This document shows, piece after piece, positions 48,929 through 58,372 of a stretch of DNA of 64,000 nucleotides (positions are counted from its first letter, which is position 1; each line of letters begins with the position of its first letter). A program made the translations under genes and the position numbers. The stretch is taken from positions 4,192,001-4,256,000 of the forward strand of contig OZ242010.1 in NCBI GenBank assembly GCA_965204745.1, read 5' to 3'. Below the pieces are notes generated by a model. The model made no database searches. It was not told the origin of the DNA and was given only the letters and a program-made list of their open reading frames with translations. The stretch is from Candidatus Latescibacterota bacterium. GTDB taxonomy: Bacteria > Latescibacterota > UBA2968.

Positions 48929-49789
48929 TCACGCATCTCGACGGTCGAGGCCCCAGTCCAATTTGCGCTGCAACAACTCGTAAAACGTCAACCCCTGCAC
49001 ATTGATAAAGCGCACCGGCTCGGAGGCGCGCTGCACTGTGACGGACTCGCCGACCCCGAGTGAACACACCGTGCGCCCGTCTGTGGATAACATGAATTCA
49101 TCGGAATGCTCGGCTAGCACCTGAATGGTCACGGATTGATCTCCGGGCATCACCATCGGACGCAGGGACAGGGAATGCGGGCATATCGGCGTGGCGACGA
49201 GCACGGACAAATTGGGATGTACAATCGGGCCGCCAGAGGACAGGGAGTAGCCGGTGGATCCGGTGGGCGTTGCCAAAATCAACCCATTGCCGTAAAACGA
49301 ACTCACCGGCGCATCGCCGACGCGCATCACCACTTGCACCAAGCGCGCCGTGACACTGCGTTCAATGACCACTTCGTTGAGGGCAAAGGCTTTGTGCGTG
49401 CGCGTTTGCGCGTGCAGGGCAATCCGCTCTTCTATCGCGTAATCGCCGTTCAACAAGCGGTCGAGGCCATCGTCCAATTCCCGGGGTTCCGCGCCGGACA
49501 AAAAACCCAACCGCCCCAAATTCACCCCCAAAATCGGCGTGCTGTGCGGATGCACTTGGGCGGCGGCGCGCAACAACGTACCATCGCCCCCCATCGCCAC
49601 GATCATATCCGCGCGCTCGGGCAACTGATCGACCGCACAAAACCACCGCGCATCGGATTTGCAGATTGGGCGCAAATTGTCGGCGATCAGCGCGTCGATG
49701 CCCCGCTGGTGGATGCGCGTTGCCAGTTGATCGACCGCAGCACCCATGCCCGGCTGGGTCGGGTTGGAAATCAGACCGATGGACTTCAT
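48929..49789 (-). CDS. nadK: NAD(+) kinase
   Basis: Motifs GGDGTLL, GVNLGRLGFL, ALNE, TPTGSTGYSLS.GGP. Confidence 0.93.
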   Translation of the reverse strand: MKSIGLISNPTQPGMGAAVDQLATRIHQRGIDALIADNLRPICKSDARWFCAVDQLPERADMIVAMGGDGTLLRAAAQVHPHSTPILGVNLGRLGFLSGAEPRELDDGLDRLLNGDYAIEERIALHAQTRTHKAFALNEVVIERSVTARLVQVVMRVGDAPVSSFYGNGLILATPTGSTGYSLSSGGPIVHPNLSVLVATPICPHSLSLRPMVMPGDQSVTIQVLAEHSDEFMLSTDGRTVCSLGVGESVTVQRASEPVRFINVQGLTFYELLQRKLDWGLDRRDA

Positions 49790-49800
49790 TCGCCTCCAAA

Positions 49801-50040
49801 TTATTCGGTATCCAGCGACACCGGTTCAAATTTTCCATCGCTGTCGCGCAGCAACACATCGACCCGTTGCCGGGCGTCTTCGAGCAAATAGCGGCAATGG
49901 TTGGATGCGGTCAGCCCTTCCTCGAATACTCGCAGGGCTTCGGACAAGGGCAATGTGCCCTCTTCCAACTGCTCGACAGCGGTTTCCAACTGCTTCAACG
50001 CCGCTTCAAATGTGGGGTTTTCCGCTTTCTCTTTCGCCAT
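49801..50040 (-). CDS. xseB: Exodeoxyribonuclease VII small subunit
   Basis: FEAALKQLE..V.QLE.G.LPL..AL..FEEG pattern. Confidence 0.93.
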   Translation of the reverse strand: MAKEKAENPTFEAALKQLETAVEQLEEGTLPLSEALRVFEEGLTASNHCRYLLEDARQRVDVLLRDSDGKFEPVSLDTE

Positions 50041-50246
50041 TGAATTGCCTTTGTGAATTGGGCCGAAGCCGCGTCCCTACACCTCTACACCTCTGCACAT
50101 CCATTGCCTCGGGGTGGAAGGGTGGGGACTGACTACTGACTACTGACTACTGACCACTGCATCTCCCCTCTTGTATCTTCGGGCGAGCACAGGGGCATCG
50201 CCCCTACACACACCGCTCGCCTTTGAACGGACTATCGCCATACCCC

Positions 50247-50327
50247 TTTTGTGCCTTTGAACTGGCTATCGCCTTTTGTGCCTTTGAACTGGCTATCGCC
50301 TTTTGTGCCTTTGAACTGGCTATCGCC
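50247..50327. repeat. Three perfect tandem 27-bp units TTTTGTGCCTTTGAACTGGCTATCGCC
   Basis: Directly visible; no spacers between units. Confidence 0.9.
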
Positions 50328-50372
50328 AGTTATACCCCTTTTGTGCCTTTTGTGCCTTTTGTGGCTAAAATC

Positions 50373-51560
50373 TCATCTCACGTCCTCAACCCGGCAGATC
50401 GCCTCGCCTTTTGCGAACTTGATGGACAGGCGTTCTTCGGGCGTCAAGACATGTGCATCGGACACTATCGAACCGTCTTCGCGCTGGATGATGCCAAAGC
50501 CGCGCGCGAGCACGGATAGGGGGCTGAGCGAGCCGAGTTTGCCCGTGAGCCGGCGGTAATCCGCCCATCGCGTTTCCAACAACCGGCGCAAAAGCGCGTA
50601 CAAATCGCCGTGCAATTCGTCGACGTGTTGCGCGTGTTGGTCGATCAAATCGGCCATGCGCCGCATGCCGTAGCTATCTTCGTAGGATTCCAGCAGATCC
50701 GCGTTCTCGTCTAACAACCGCTTTAGGGCATCGCGGGCGCGCAGGGTGAGCCGCCCGACTCGTTCGCGCACCTCCGCCACATCGCGCACCGCAATTTCCG
50801 CGGCAACAGAAGGCGTTGGCGCGCGCACATCTGCGGCGAGGTCCGCAAGCGAGATGTCGATCTCGTGCCCGACGGCTGAAATGGTGGGAATATCGGACTG
50901 GGCAATGGCCCGCACCACGCGCTCGTCATTAAACGCAGCCAAATCCTCTGCGGACCCGCCACCGCGGCCGATGATGAGCACATCGACCTCGCCAAACGCA
51001 TTCAGGTCCGCAATGCCCTGTGCAATTTCCTCTGGCGCGCCCTCCCCTTGCACGCGCGCGTGCCGCAACACGACGCGAACCCCGGCAAACCGTCGGTTCA
51101 ACACATCCAAAATATCCCGAAAAGCCGCGCCGGTTCGAGACGTGACCACCCCAATGCCGCGGGGGTATTCGGGCAGGGGGCGTTTGCGGTCTTGGTCAAA
51201 CAGGCCCTCGTCTGCCAATTTCTGCTTCAATGCTTCAAAGGCGAGTTGCTGTTGCCCCTCGCCTGCGGGCAACAAGTGGAACACATTGAACTGGTACTCG
51301 CCCCGGCGTTCGTACACCGTCAATTGGCCCTGTGCCAACGCGGCCATGCCCAATTCCGGATGAAATCCACCGATGGGACGCGACCGCCACATCACGCAGC
51401 GCAACTGGCTGTCGCTGTCCGAAAGCGTGAAATAGCGATGCCCAGATGAAGGTTGCGAAAACGAGGTCAACTCCCCGAAGACCCACATGGGTGGGAATTG
51501 CGTCTCGAGGGTTTGCTTGACGGCTTGCGTGACTTCGGATACCGAAAGCGCGTGTTCCAC
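50373..51560 (-). CDS. xseA: Exodeoxyribonuclease VII large subunit
   Basis: Motifs SGHRYFTL.D, GVVTS.TGAA..D, GRGGGS.EDL..FN.E, SAVGHE.D, RAPTPS. Confidence 0.96.
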   Translation of the reverse strand: MEHALSVSEVTQAVKQTLETQFPPMWVFGELTSFSQPSSGHRYFTLSDSDSQLRCVMWRSRPIGGFHPELGMAALAQGQLTVYERRGEYQFNVFHLLPAGEGQQQLAFEALKQKLADEGLFDQDRKRPLPEYPRGIGVVTSRTGAAFRDILDVLNRRFAGVRVVLRHARVQGEGAPEEIAQGIADLNAFGEVDVLIIGRGGGSAEDLAAFNDERVVRAIAQSDIPTISAVGHEIDISLADLAADVRAPTPSVAAEIAVRDVAEVRERVGRLTLRARDALKRLLDENADLLESYEDSYGMRRMADLIDQHAQHVDELHGDLYALLRRLLETRWADYRRLTGKLGSLSPLSVLARGFGIIQREDGSIVSDAHVLTPEERLSIKFAKGEAICRVEDVR

Positions 51561-51561
51561 C

Positions 51562-52350
51562 TTATCCCTCCATCTCGAGGCGCAACCGCTCGATGTGTTG
51601 CGCGCGGCCCGTGCGTTCGTCTATGTCGAGCAACGCCCCGCAGAATTTTATTTTTTTTTCGGCCGGCTCAAAGCGCGCGGGCATCTGCGTCATAAAGCGG
51701 ACAATCGCAGGGCCTTTTTTCGAGCCGATCACGGAATCGTGCGGCCCGGTCATGCCCACGTCTGTGATGTACGCGGTTCCGCGGGGCAAAATCTCTTCAT
51801 CCGCGGTTTGAACGTGGGTATGCGTGCCCAAGACCGCGCTGACTTTGCCATCGATGAAGTGCCCAAACGCGATTTTTTCCGAGGTCGCCTCTGCGTGGAA
51901 ATCCACGAGCACGACATGGGTTTGGGCGCGCAGTCGCGCCGCGACGGATTCCCCGGTTTTGAAGGGACATTCCAAGTTCACTTTCATGTAGGTGCGCCCC
52001 ATCAAGCTGGCTACGCCGACATAACCCCGATTGCGCGTGCGATAAACCGCGGCGCCCACGCCCTTGACCGCTTTGGGATAATTGGCTGCGCGCAAAATTC
52101 GGTCGCCGCGTTGAATGTATTTGACCGAATCCTTTTTGTCCCAAACGTGGTCGCCCATCGTGATCACGTCCGCGCCATAAGCATGAAATTCCCGCGCGAT
52201 TTTCTCCGTAATCCCAAACCCAGCCGCGGCGTTTTCGCCATTGACAATGCAGAAATCCACGCCGTGTTGCTCGATCAGTCGCGGAATCCAATACGCGGTA
52301 GCTCGTCGCCCGGGCCTGCCATAAACGTCGCCGACAAATAAAATTTTCAC
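51562..52350 (-). CDS. ymdB: YmdB-like (TIGR00282) metallophosphoesterase
   Basis: Motifs GDVYG.PGR, NGENAA.GFG, DFHAEATSEK, GTHTHVQTAD, TDVGMTGP. Confidence 0.92.
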   Translation of the reverse strand: MKILFVGDVYGRPGRRATAYWIPRLIEQHGVDFCIVNGENAAAGFGITEKIAREFHAYGADVITMGDHVWDKKDSVKYIQRGDRILRAANYPKAVKGVGAAVYRTRNRGYVGVASLMGRTYMKVNLECPFKTGESVAARLRAQTHVVLVDFHAEATSEKIAFGHFIDGKVSAVLGTHTHVQTADEEILPRGTAYITDVGMTGPHDSVIGSKKGPAIVRFMTQMPARFEPAEKKIKFCGALLDIDERTGRAQHIERLRLEMEG

Positions 52351-52570
52351 ATGTACTCCCGTTGGTTGAGATGGTGAATATACACAAAATATTTGTCGCT
52401 TGCAAAGGGCGGCGAAACGAGTTGTCAGTTGTCAGTTGTCAGTTGTCAGTTGACTAATTCTAACGAACATAGCGGTGGGGAGCGAGCGGGGGCTGACTAC
52501 TGACTACTTGGGCGGTAGGGTCAGGTGGGGACTGACCACTGACTGCTGTCAGTGGTCAGTAGTCAACCGC

Positions 52571-54133
52571 TCATCTCGCAAAATTGATCTCGCGGATTTC
52601 GCGGATGACGGTCACTCGGACTTGGCCCGGATACGTCATGATTTCCGTGAGGCGATCCGTGATTTTGGCGGCCAAGCGTTGGATGTCTTCGTCGCTGATC
52701 TGACCGCTGTTGGCGATCACGCGGATCTCTTGGCCCGCTTGCACCACATAGACCTCGCTGACCCCCTCAATCGTTCGGGCGGTTTGCTCGAGGGTTTCCA
52801 ATCGGCGCACGTAACTTTCCAGCACCTCGCGCCGCGCGCCCGGGCGCGACTTGGAGATGGCGTCTGAGGCTTCGACCAGCACGGCAATGGGCGACGCGGG
52901 TTCTGCGTCGTCGTGGATGACTTCAATCGCGTTGATCACGGTGTCGCCTTCGCCGTATTTTTTTGCCAATGCCGTGCCGTTTTGCCCGTGCGTGCCTTCA
53001 AACTCGTGGTCGAGACTCTTGCCGATGTCGTGCAACAGCCCTGCGCGTTTGGCGAGTTGCGCGTCCAGCCCCAGATGCGTTGCCATCATCCCGGCCAAGA
53101 ATGCCACCTCCTTGCTGTGGTTCAACACGTTTTGCCCGTAGCTCGCCTGAAATTGCAAGCGGCCAAGGCATTCGATCAGGCGGTCGTGTACGCCGGGGAG
53201 GCCCATGTTAAAAACGGCCTCTTCGCCCGTTTGGCGGATCAATTCGCGCATGTTCTCTTCGCACTTTTCGACCACCTCTTCGATGCGGCCCGGGTGAATG
53301 CGCCCATCGACGAGGAGTTGGTCCAAAGCGGTCTTGGCAATGGCGCGGCGAATGGGGTCAAACCCGGACAACGTCACGGACTTGGGCGTGTCATCGACGA
53401 TGATATCCACGCCGGTACACATCTCGAACGAGCGGATATTGCGGCCCTCGCGCCCGATGATGCGGCCCTTCATGTCGTCGGAGGACAACGCGACTCGGGT
53501 CACTGTGGAAGAGACCGTGTAATTGACCGCGAGGCGTTGAATTGCGGTGGCGATGATTTCTCGGGCCTCGGCGTGGGCCTTGGCCTGCGCCTCTTCCCGA
53601 ATTTCCTTGACGCGCCATGCCGCTTCGCGCTGGGCTTCGATCTCCATATTTTCCATCAACTCGCGTTTGGCCTGTTGCCGAGTGAGGGCCGCAATGCGTT
53701 CTAAGCGCGTGTTTTGCGCCTCCAACATCGCTTCCAATTCCAGTTCTTTGACCGAAATCTCGTCCTGTTGCTGTACGAGTTGCCGTTCCAATTCCTCTAC
53801 TTGTCCAAATTTTTGGTTGAGCAAATCCGCCCGCCGATTCAATTCGTGCGACTGGTGATTCAACGCCTCTTCTTTGTCCTCCATTTTCTTTTTTCGGTCT
53901 TCGAGTGCTTCTTCGGCTTGCACGCGCTCTTGATGGATCAGGTCTCTGGCTTCTAAGAGCGCGGTGCGTTTTTCGGTTTCCGCTTCTTTTTGCGCGTCTT
54001 CCAACATTTGCTCGACCGAGGCTTCGGCGCGATCAAACCTGCTTTGGGCCGTTCTGTTGCTGCTGATCCATCCCAAAACAAAGCCGAGCACCGAAAGCCC
54101 GATAGCCAATGCGATCACAACTACGGGTTCCAT
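52571..54133 (-). CDS. rny: Ribonuclease Y
   Basis: N-terminal TM, coiled coil, KH motif KGRIIGREGRNIR, HD motif LLHDIGK, RPGAR. Confidence 0.96.
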   Translation of the reverse strand: MEPVVVIALAIGLSVLGFVLGWISSNRTAQSRFDRAEASVEQMLEDAQKEAETEKRTALLEARDLIHQERVQAEEALEDRKKKMEDKEEALNHQSHELNRRADLLNQKFGQVEELERQLVQQQDEISVKELELEAMLEAQNTRLERIAALTRQQAKRELMENMEIEAQREAAWRVKEIREEAQAKAHAEAREIIATAIQRLAVNYTVSSTVTRVALSSDDMKGRIIGREGRNIRSFEMCTGVDIIVDDTPKSVTLSGFDPIRRAIAKTALDQLLVDGRIHPGRIEEVVEKCEENMRELIRQTGEEAVFNMGLPGVHDRLIECLGRLQFQASYGQNVLNHSKEVAFLAGMMATHLGLDAQLAKRAGLLHDIGKSLDHEFEGTHGQNGTALAKKYGEGDTVINAIEVIHDDAEPASPIAVLVEASDAISKSRPGARREVLESYVRRLETLEQTARTIEGVSEVYVVQAGQEIRVIANSGQISDEDIQRLAAKITDRLTEIMTYPGQVRVTVIREIREINFAR

Positions 54134-54241
54134 GGCGTTCTCCTTTCGCAAAAATAAAATGACAAAAGAAATCCCCACCGCGCTTGTATTCAATTTTGAA
54201 GGACAAACGCGGCGGGGTTCATTGCGCGGTGCGGTTGAGCC

Positions 54242-54535
54242 TCACATCCGCATGGTGCGATTGACCGAGGCGGCGAGTTGGTCGGCTTTTTCTCGGGAAA
54301 TCCGATCTATCCGGCGGCCTTCTTCTTCGATCTTAAAAAGCTCATCCGCCAGATTCACGGCGGTCAAGACGGCGATCTTCGAGTGCGTGCGAAGGGAAAA
54401 CGACTGGGCCACTTCGCGCATTTTTTCGTCGATATAACGCGCCACCTCGCGGATGTGCTCGGGATCGGCAGTGCTGACGATGCGATACTTTGATCCAAAT
54501 ATTTCAACGCGCACGTCGGACAAATCGGACATCAC
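54242..54535 (-). CDS. zapA: Cell division protein ZapA
   Basis: Motifs V.IFG..Y, VA.YID.KM, AVL.A.NLADEL; adjacent to rny. Confidence 0.88.
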   Translation of the reverse strand: MMSDLSDVRVEIFGSKYRIVSTADPEHIREVARYIDEKMREVAQSFSLRTHSKIAVLTAVNLADELFKIEEEGRRIDRISREKADQLAASVNRTMRM

Positions 54536-55287
54536 TCATTTCTCTCGGCATTGAGCGCGCTGAGGCTTTCCAACGCGGCTTCGACCTTGTTCAGGATTTC
54601 CGGCTTGTTGTCGATCAGAGGCGCGTTGTCGTTGTAAATCTCTTGCAACCGGTCGCGGTCGCTCCGCAAGTCCACCAGTTCTTCCTCGAGGAGCGAGACA
54701 TCTCCGCGCAAGGTCTGATTTTCCTGCTGCAACTCGACATTTTCGCGCTTCAAATTTTCGATAGTGACAACGGCGCGATCAATTTCCGCGACGAGACGCG
54801 CAACGCCCTCGCTCACGGCTTCGGCGTCACTGCCATCTTCGATCTCGTCCTCGCCGATCTCTTCGTCCTCCGCGTCTTCAGACTCTTCAGACTCATCCTC
54901 CGTTGCATCGTCCTCGCTGACCTCGTCGCCGGCACCCTCATCTTCGTCGTCCACGTCCTCGTCATCTGCATCTTCGACGTCCTCTGCCGTTTCGTCCTCC
55001 GCATCTTCGTCGCTAGACTCGTCGTCCTCGTCTTCGGCGTCGTCCGATTCTGCGGGATCATCGGCGTCTTCGTCTGCGGCGTCTGCATCTTCAACGTCGT
55101 CTGACTCATCGGCGTCGTCTGCGTCTTCGCCGACTTCGTCGGTTGCATCTTCAACGTCGTCTGTCCCTGCGTTACCATCTGCATCTTCGGCAACATCTGC
55201 ATCTGCGCTGACGTCTTCGGCGTCATCCACTTCTTCGACGGCCTGTACATTTTCGGCGTCGTTTGTCGCATGGGTGTTGGGGTCCAT
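54532..55287 (-). CDS. ZapB-like coiled coil with a very long acidic N-terminal extension
   Basis: C-terminal heptads (IDRAVVTIENLKREN..L..EN..L); position upstream of zapA; GGAG RBS. Confidence 0.6.
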   Translation of the reverse strand: MDPNTHATNDAENVQAVEEVDDAEDVSADADVAEDADGNAGTDDVEDATDEVGEDADDADESDDVEDADAADEDADDPAESDDAEDEDDESSDEDAEDETAEDVEDADDEDVDDEDEGAGDEVSEDDATEDESEESEDAEDEEIGEDEIEDGSDAEAVSEGVARLVAEIDRAVVTIENLKRENVELQQENQTLRGDVSLLEEELVDLRSDRDRLQEIYNDNAPLIDNKPEILNKVEAALESLSALNAERNE

Positions 55288-55330
55288 ATCCGCTCCTTGG
55301 AAACGATCAAAAACCATTGAATACAAAGCC

Positions 55331-55359
55331 AATTTAATACCATCTTAGCCGAAAGTCAA
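55331..55359 (-). promoter_or_regulatory. Sigma70-type promoter for the zapB-like/zapA/rny operon
   Basis: TTGACT-17 nt-TAAATT. Confidence 0.5.
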
Positions 55360-55377
55360 GCCCGCGATCCACATGCA

Positions 55378-55413
55378 AAAAGCGAAACCCGAACAGCACC
55401 CGGATTTCGCTTT
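55378..55413 (-). terminator. Intrinsic terminator after rplT
   Basis: AAAGCGAAA.CCG..CGG.TTTCGCTTT hairpin followed by a T run. Confidence 0.55.
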
Positions 55414-55431
55414 GTTTTTGACATGAGATGC

Positions 55432-55785
55432 TCAAGCGTTTTGCTTAACCCGCTCGGCCAGGGCCGCAAAGGCATTGGCGTCTGTGACGGCCAGATGGGC
55501 CAAAACCTTGCGGTTGAGACCGATCCCCTCGCGCTTCAAGCCCGCCATGAACCGGCTGTACGTCAAGCCGTGTTGCCGGGCCGCGGCATTGATGCGCGCG
55601 ATCCACAAAGCCCTGAAGGTTCTCTTTTTTTGCCTGCGGTCTCGATAGGCGTATTGCAAGGCTCTATCCACGGCATTGCCGGCTGTGCGGAGCAGTTTGC
55701 TGCGTCCTCCGCGATAGCCCTTGGCCCGTTTCAGAATTTTTTTGCGCCTGCGTCTCGAGGCAGGGCTGTTGGTGACTCTCGGCAT
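55432..55785 (-). CDS. rplT: 50S ribosomal protein L20
   Basis: MPRV...AKGYRG.RS...AYRDRR.KKR.FR.LWI.RINAA. Confidence 0.97.
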   Translation of the reverse strand: MPRVTNSPASRRRRKKILKRAKGYRGGRSKLLRTAGNAVDRALQYAYRDRRQKKRTFRALWIARINAAARQHGLTYSRFMAGLKREGIGLNRKVLAHLAVTDANAFAALAERVKQNA

Positions 55786-55818
55786 GTTGATCTCCAGTGA
55801 ACGAATTGATCGACCTCG

Positions 55819-56013
55819 CTAAGACGCCAGCATGCGGCTGACGCGGTCTTTGTCAGCCGCGTGGATAAAGGCCGTCTGACGGAGGCCCCGTTTGCGCTTG
55901 CTCGTCTTTTTGGTCAGGTTGTGCGCTGCGGTGGCTTTGCGATAGCTGATTTTGCCAGAACCGCGTTTTTTGAACCGCTTTTTGGCCCCGCTGTGGGTTT
56001 TCATTTTCGGCAC
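55819..56013 (-). CDS. rpmI: 50S ribosomal protein L35
   Basis: PKMKTHSGAKKRFK. Confidence 0.97.
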   Translation of the reverse strand: MPKMKTHSGAKKRFKKRGSGKISYRKATAAHNLTKKTSKRKRGLRQTAFIHAADKDRVSRMLAS

Positions 56014-56041
56014 GACAAACTCCTTGTGGGAACTCGGGTGA

Positions 56042-56587
56042 TTACGACTGCGATTTGGGCGCGAAGATCATCACCAACTTTCGCCCCTCGTCGCGGGGAT
56101 GCGTTTCGATCTGCCCGATATTTTGCAAATCGTTTTCGATCCGTTGCAATAAGTTGCGGCCCAGATCGCGGTGTGCATTTTCGCGGCCAAAAAACTCGAT
56201 GGCGATCCGCACTTTGTGGCGCTGGGTCAAAAATCGCTCGGCATGCCTGAGCTTGAATTGATAATCGTGATCGCTGATTCGAACGCGCATCCGAATTTCT
56301 TTTAGCTGCGAGGCAGTGTGGCGATTCTTTCTCGCTTTTTTTCCCCGCTCGTACCGGTATTTGCCGTAGTCCATGATGCGGCACACCGGAGGGCGCGCAC
56401 GGGGCGCGACTTCGACCAGGTCGAGCCCGGCCTGTTGGGCCATGGTCAGTGCTTTGCTCGTTTCGACAATGCCCACTTGAGCACCGGATTCGCCGATCAA
56501 GCGAATTTGCGGAATGCGAATCTGCCGATTCACGCGCGGGCCGAGTTCCCGCCTGGTATCCCGACGACCTCTCGAACTTCTGTTGAT
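56042..56587 (-). CDS. infC: Translation initiation factor IF-3, probable ATC start
   Basis: Motifs LDLVEV, PPVCRIMDYGKY, LKEI; strong GGAGGTG SD placed before an in-frame ATC at 56587. Confidence 0.92.
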   Translation of the reverse strand: MNRSSRGRRDTRRELGPRVNRQIRIPQIRLIGESGAQVGIVETSKALTMAQQAGLDLVEVAPRARPPVCRIMDYGKYRYERGKKARKNRHTASQLKEIRMRVRISDHDYQFKLRHAERFLTQRHKVRIAIEFFGRENAHRDLGRNLLQRIENDLQNIGQIETHPRDEGRKLVMIFAPKSQS

Positions 56588-56599
56588 ACGATCACCTCC

Positions 56600-56792
56600 A
56601 GCAAAGATGGGGTATGTCCCCGTGAGGGTTGGCGGCTTTGGCTAAAAAAATCGCGCCAGGAATTGCCGGCGCGAAAAGTGAACTCCTGGGACTGTTCGGT
56701 TAGCCGTTTTCGCCGCAAGCACCCCTCGGCAATGAGATTGTTAAGACTTTCTAAAGCGCGGTAAATTTATCATAACGACAACCGAGTGTCAA
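56600..56792 (-). promoter_or_regulatory. infC promoter and leader with a terminator-like hairpin (candidate L20 leader)
   Basis: TTGACA-17-TAAATT at 56764-56792; TCGCGCC-loop-GGCGCGA-T7 at 56644-56674. Confidence 0.55.
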
Positions 56793-56959
56793 GCGAAAAT
56801 TCTCCTATTGCGCGGGCATCAGCAGGCGAAAAACGCGATAAGACTTCGCCCTAGAGACAGGGAGCCCCCTCATTGTCTCTTTTGGACGAGCACCCACACA
56901 CTGCTCGCCTTTGAACGGGCTATCGCCAGTTGTACCCCGCTCGTGGCTCAACTCCCATC

Positions 56960-57628
56960 TCACCGATACCATTTGCCCAATATTTCATCCGATACCGAGC
57001 ACGTATAGAGCACTCGCAACGCCCACATCTTGACCACTGTGCGGACAAAGCCCTGTTCGCGCCAGCGGCGGGTGGATGTGCAGACTTGGGCATCGAGCAG
57101 CGCGAATTTGCCCAGGCGCGCCACTTGTTTGCAAAACTCGGAATCCTCAAACAACTGCAAGTTGGGAAAGCCGCCCACGGCCTCAAAGGTTTCGCGCCGA
57201 ACATAGATGCCTTGGTCCCCGTAGGTGATCCCCAAATAGCGCGACCGCATGGTGCTCAGGAATGCGACCAACCGAAAGCCGATGGTGTTTTCCGACAAGC
57301 CGAGTCGAAATCGCCCGCCCACCACATCCGGCGCGTGCAGGGATTGGCGGATTAAGGCCAACCCATTGGGGGGCAACAAAGTGTCGGCGTGCAAGAATAA
57401 GAATACGTCGCCCGTGGCCTGTGCGGCGCCGGTGTTCATCTGACGCGCCCGCCCGGTTTCTGCTGTCCGAATCCAGTGCGCGCCGGGGTATGTTTCGACC
57501 ACGCGCCGCGTGCCATCCGTGCTGCCGCCATCGACCACGATCACTTCCACCTCGTCGCAAAATCGCGCCAAGCACACGCCGATGATGCGTTCTTCGTTCA
57601 GAACCGGGATGATGACGCTGATCTGCAC
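56960..57628 (-). CDS. GT2 glycosyltransferase (TIGR04283-like)
   Basis: Motifs ISVIIPVLNE, VDGGS.D, GRA.QMN.GA, FLHADT, YGDQG, FED. Confidence 0.88.
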   Translation of the reverse strand: MQISVIIPVLNEERIIGVCLARFCDEVEVIVVDGGSTDGTRRVVETYPGAHWIRTAETGRARQMNTGAAQATGDVFLFLHADTLLPPNGLALIRQSLHAPDVVGGRFRLGLSENTIGFRLVAFLSTMRSRYLGITYGDQGIYVRRETFEAVGGFPNLQLFEDSEFCKQVARLGKFALLDAQVCTSTRRWREQGFVRTVVKMWALRVLYTCSVSDEILGKWYR

Positions 57629-57641
57629 GCCGCGGCCTCCG

Positions 57642-58211
57642 TCAGTTTTTTAAGATGGCAAAAAAACGCCGCGCATAGCTGAACAGGGAAATGACGAGCA
57701 ACACTATGCTGATGCTGACCAACGCGGGTTTGAGCGCGTCGGCCTCCCAAAAATAGGCCAAGAGCAATGCACTCAACGCGAGCGACGTGGCTTTGCCCCA
57801 AAAATTGGATGCCAACAAAATGCCGCGTCGCCTGACCAAATACATTCCGCCAAAAAAAATCGCGGCATCGCGCACCAACACAGCCGCTAAGAGCCAGACG
57901 GACAAGTTTTTGAAGCATACCAGCGCGATGGCAATGGCGCCGATGCCCACCTTATCGGCTAGCGGATCGAGGATTTTTCCCCACCGAGACGTTTCCCCTC
58001 GCTTGCGCGCCACATAGCCATCCGCCCAGTCACTTAGGATCATCACCGCGACAACGGCAAATGCCTCCCACCTGTACGCCCGCCCCAGCGCGACAAACCA
58101 CACCGCCGGCACGGTCAGCACTGCACGCACCAAACTGATGGCGTTCGATAGGGTCCAAAATCGGTTGTAGTCATCCGTTGCCATAGAGAAAGGTAGGAAA
58201 CGAGAGGTCAT
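57642..58211 (-). CDS. CDP-alcohol phosphatidyltransferase (PgsA-like)
   Basis: DWADGYVARK.G..S.WG..LDPLADK; start may be the ATG at ~58184. Confidence 0.9.
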   Translation of the reverse strand: MTSRFLPFSMATDDYNRFWTLSNAISLVRAVLTVPAVWFVALGRAYRWEAFAVVAVMILSDWADGYVARKRGETSRWGKILDPLADKVGIGAIAIALVCFKNLSVWLLAAVLVRDAAIFFGGMYLVRRRGILLASNFWGKATSLALSALLLAYFWEADALKPALVSISIVLLVISLFSYARRFFAILKN

Positions 58212-58372
58212 ACCAAGCGTATAAATTAACTCTGCATTTTAGCTCATTTTTGCAAACTGCATAACCAAATTGTCGCGTACAAAATAGGCATTCCAAATCT
58301 GATTACATCTGACTGGTATAAGACTTTACACTTCCCATCGGTGTTCATCGGTGATTGCCTTCCGCTGTTTTC

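Noticed and set aside
50218-50368. Possible CRISPR array
   Set aside because: The units are directly tandem with no unique spacers, and no cas genes are nearby.
54140-54241. 6S RNA between zapA and rny
   Set aside because: The gap is only ~108 bp with a single hairpin; it is too short and lacks a recognisable central bubble. More likely a terminator or processing hairpin.
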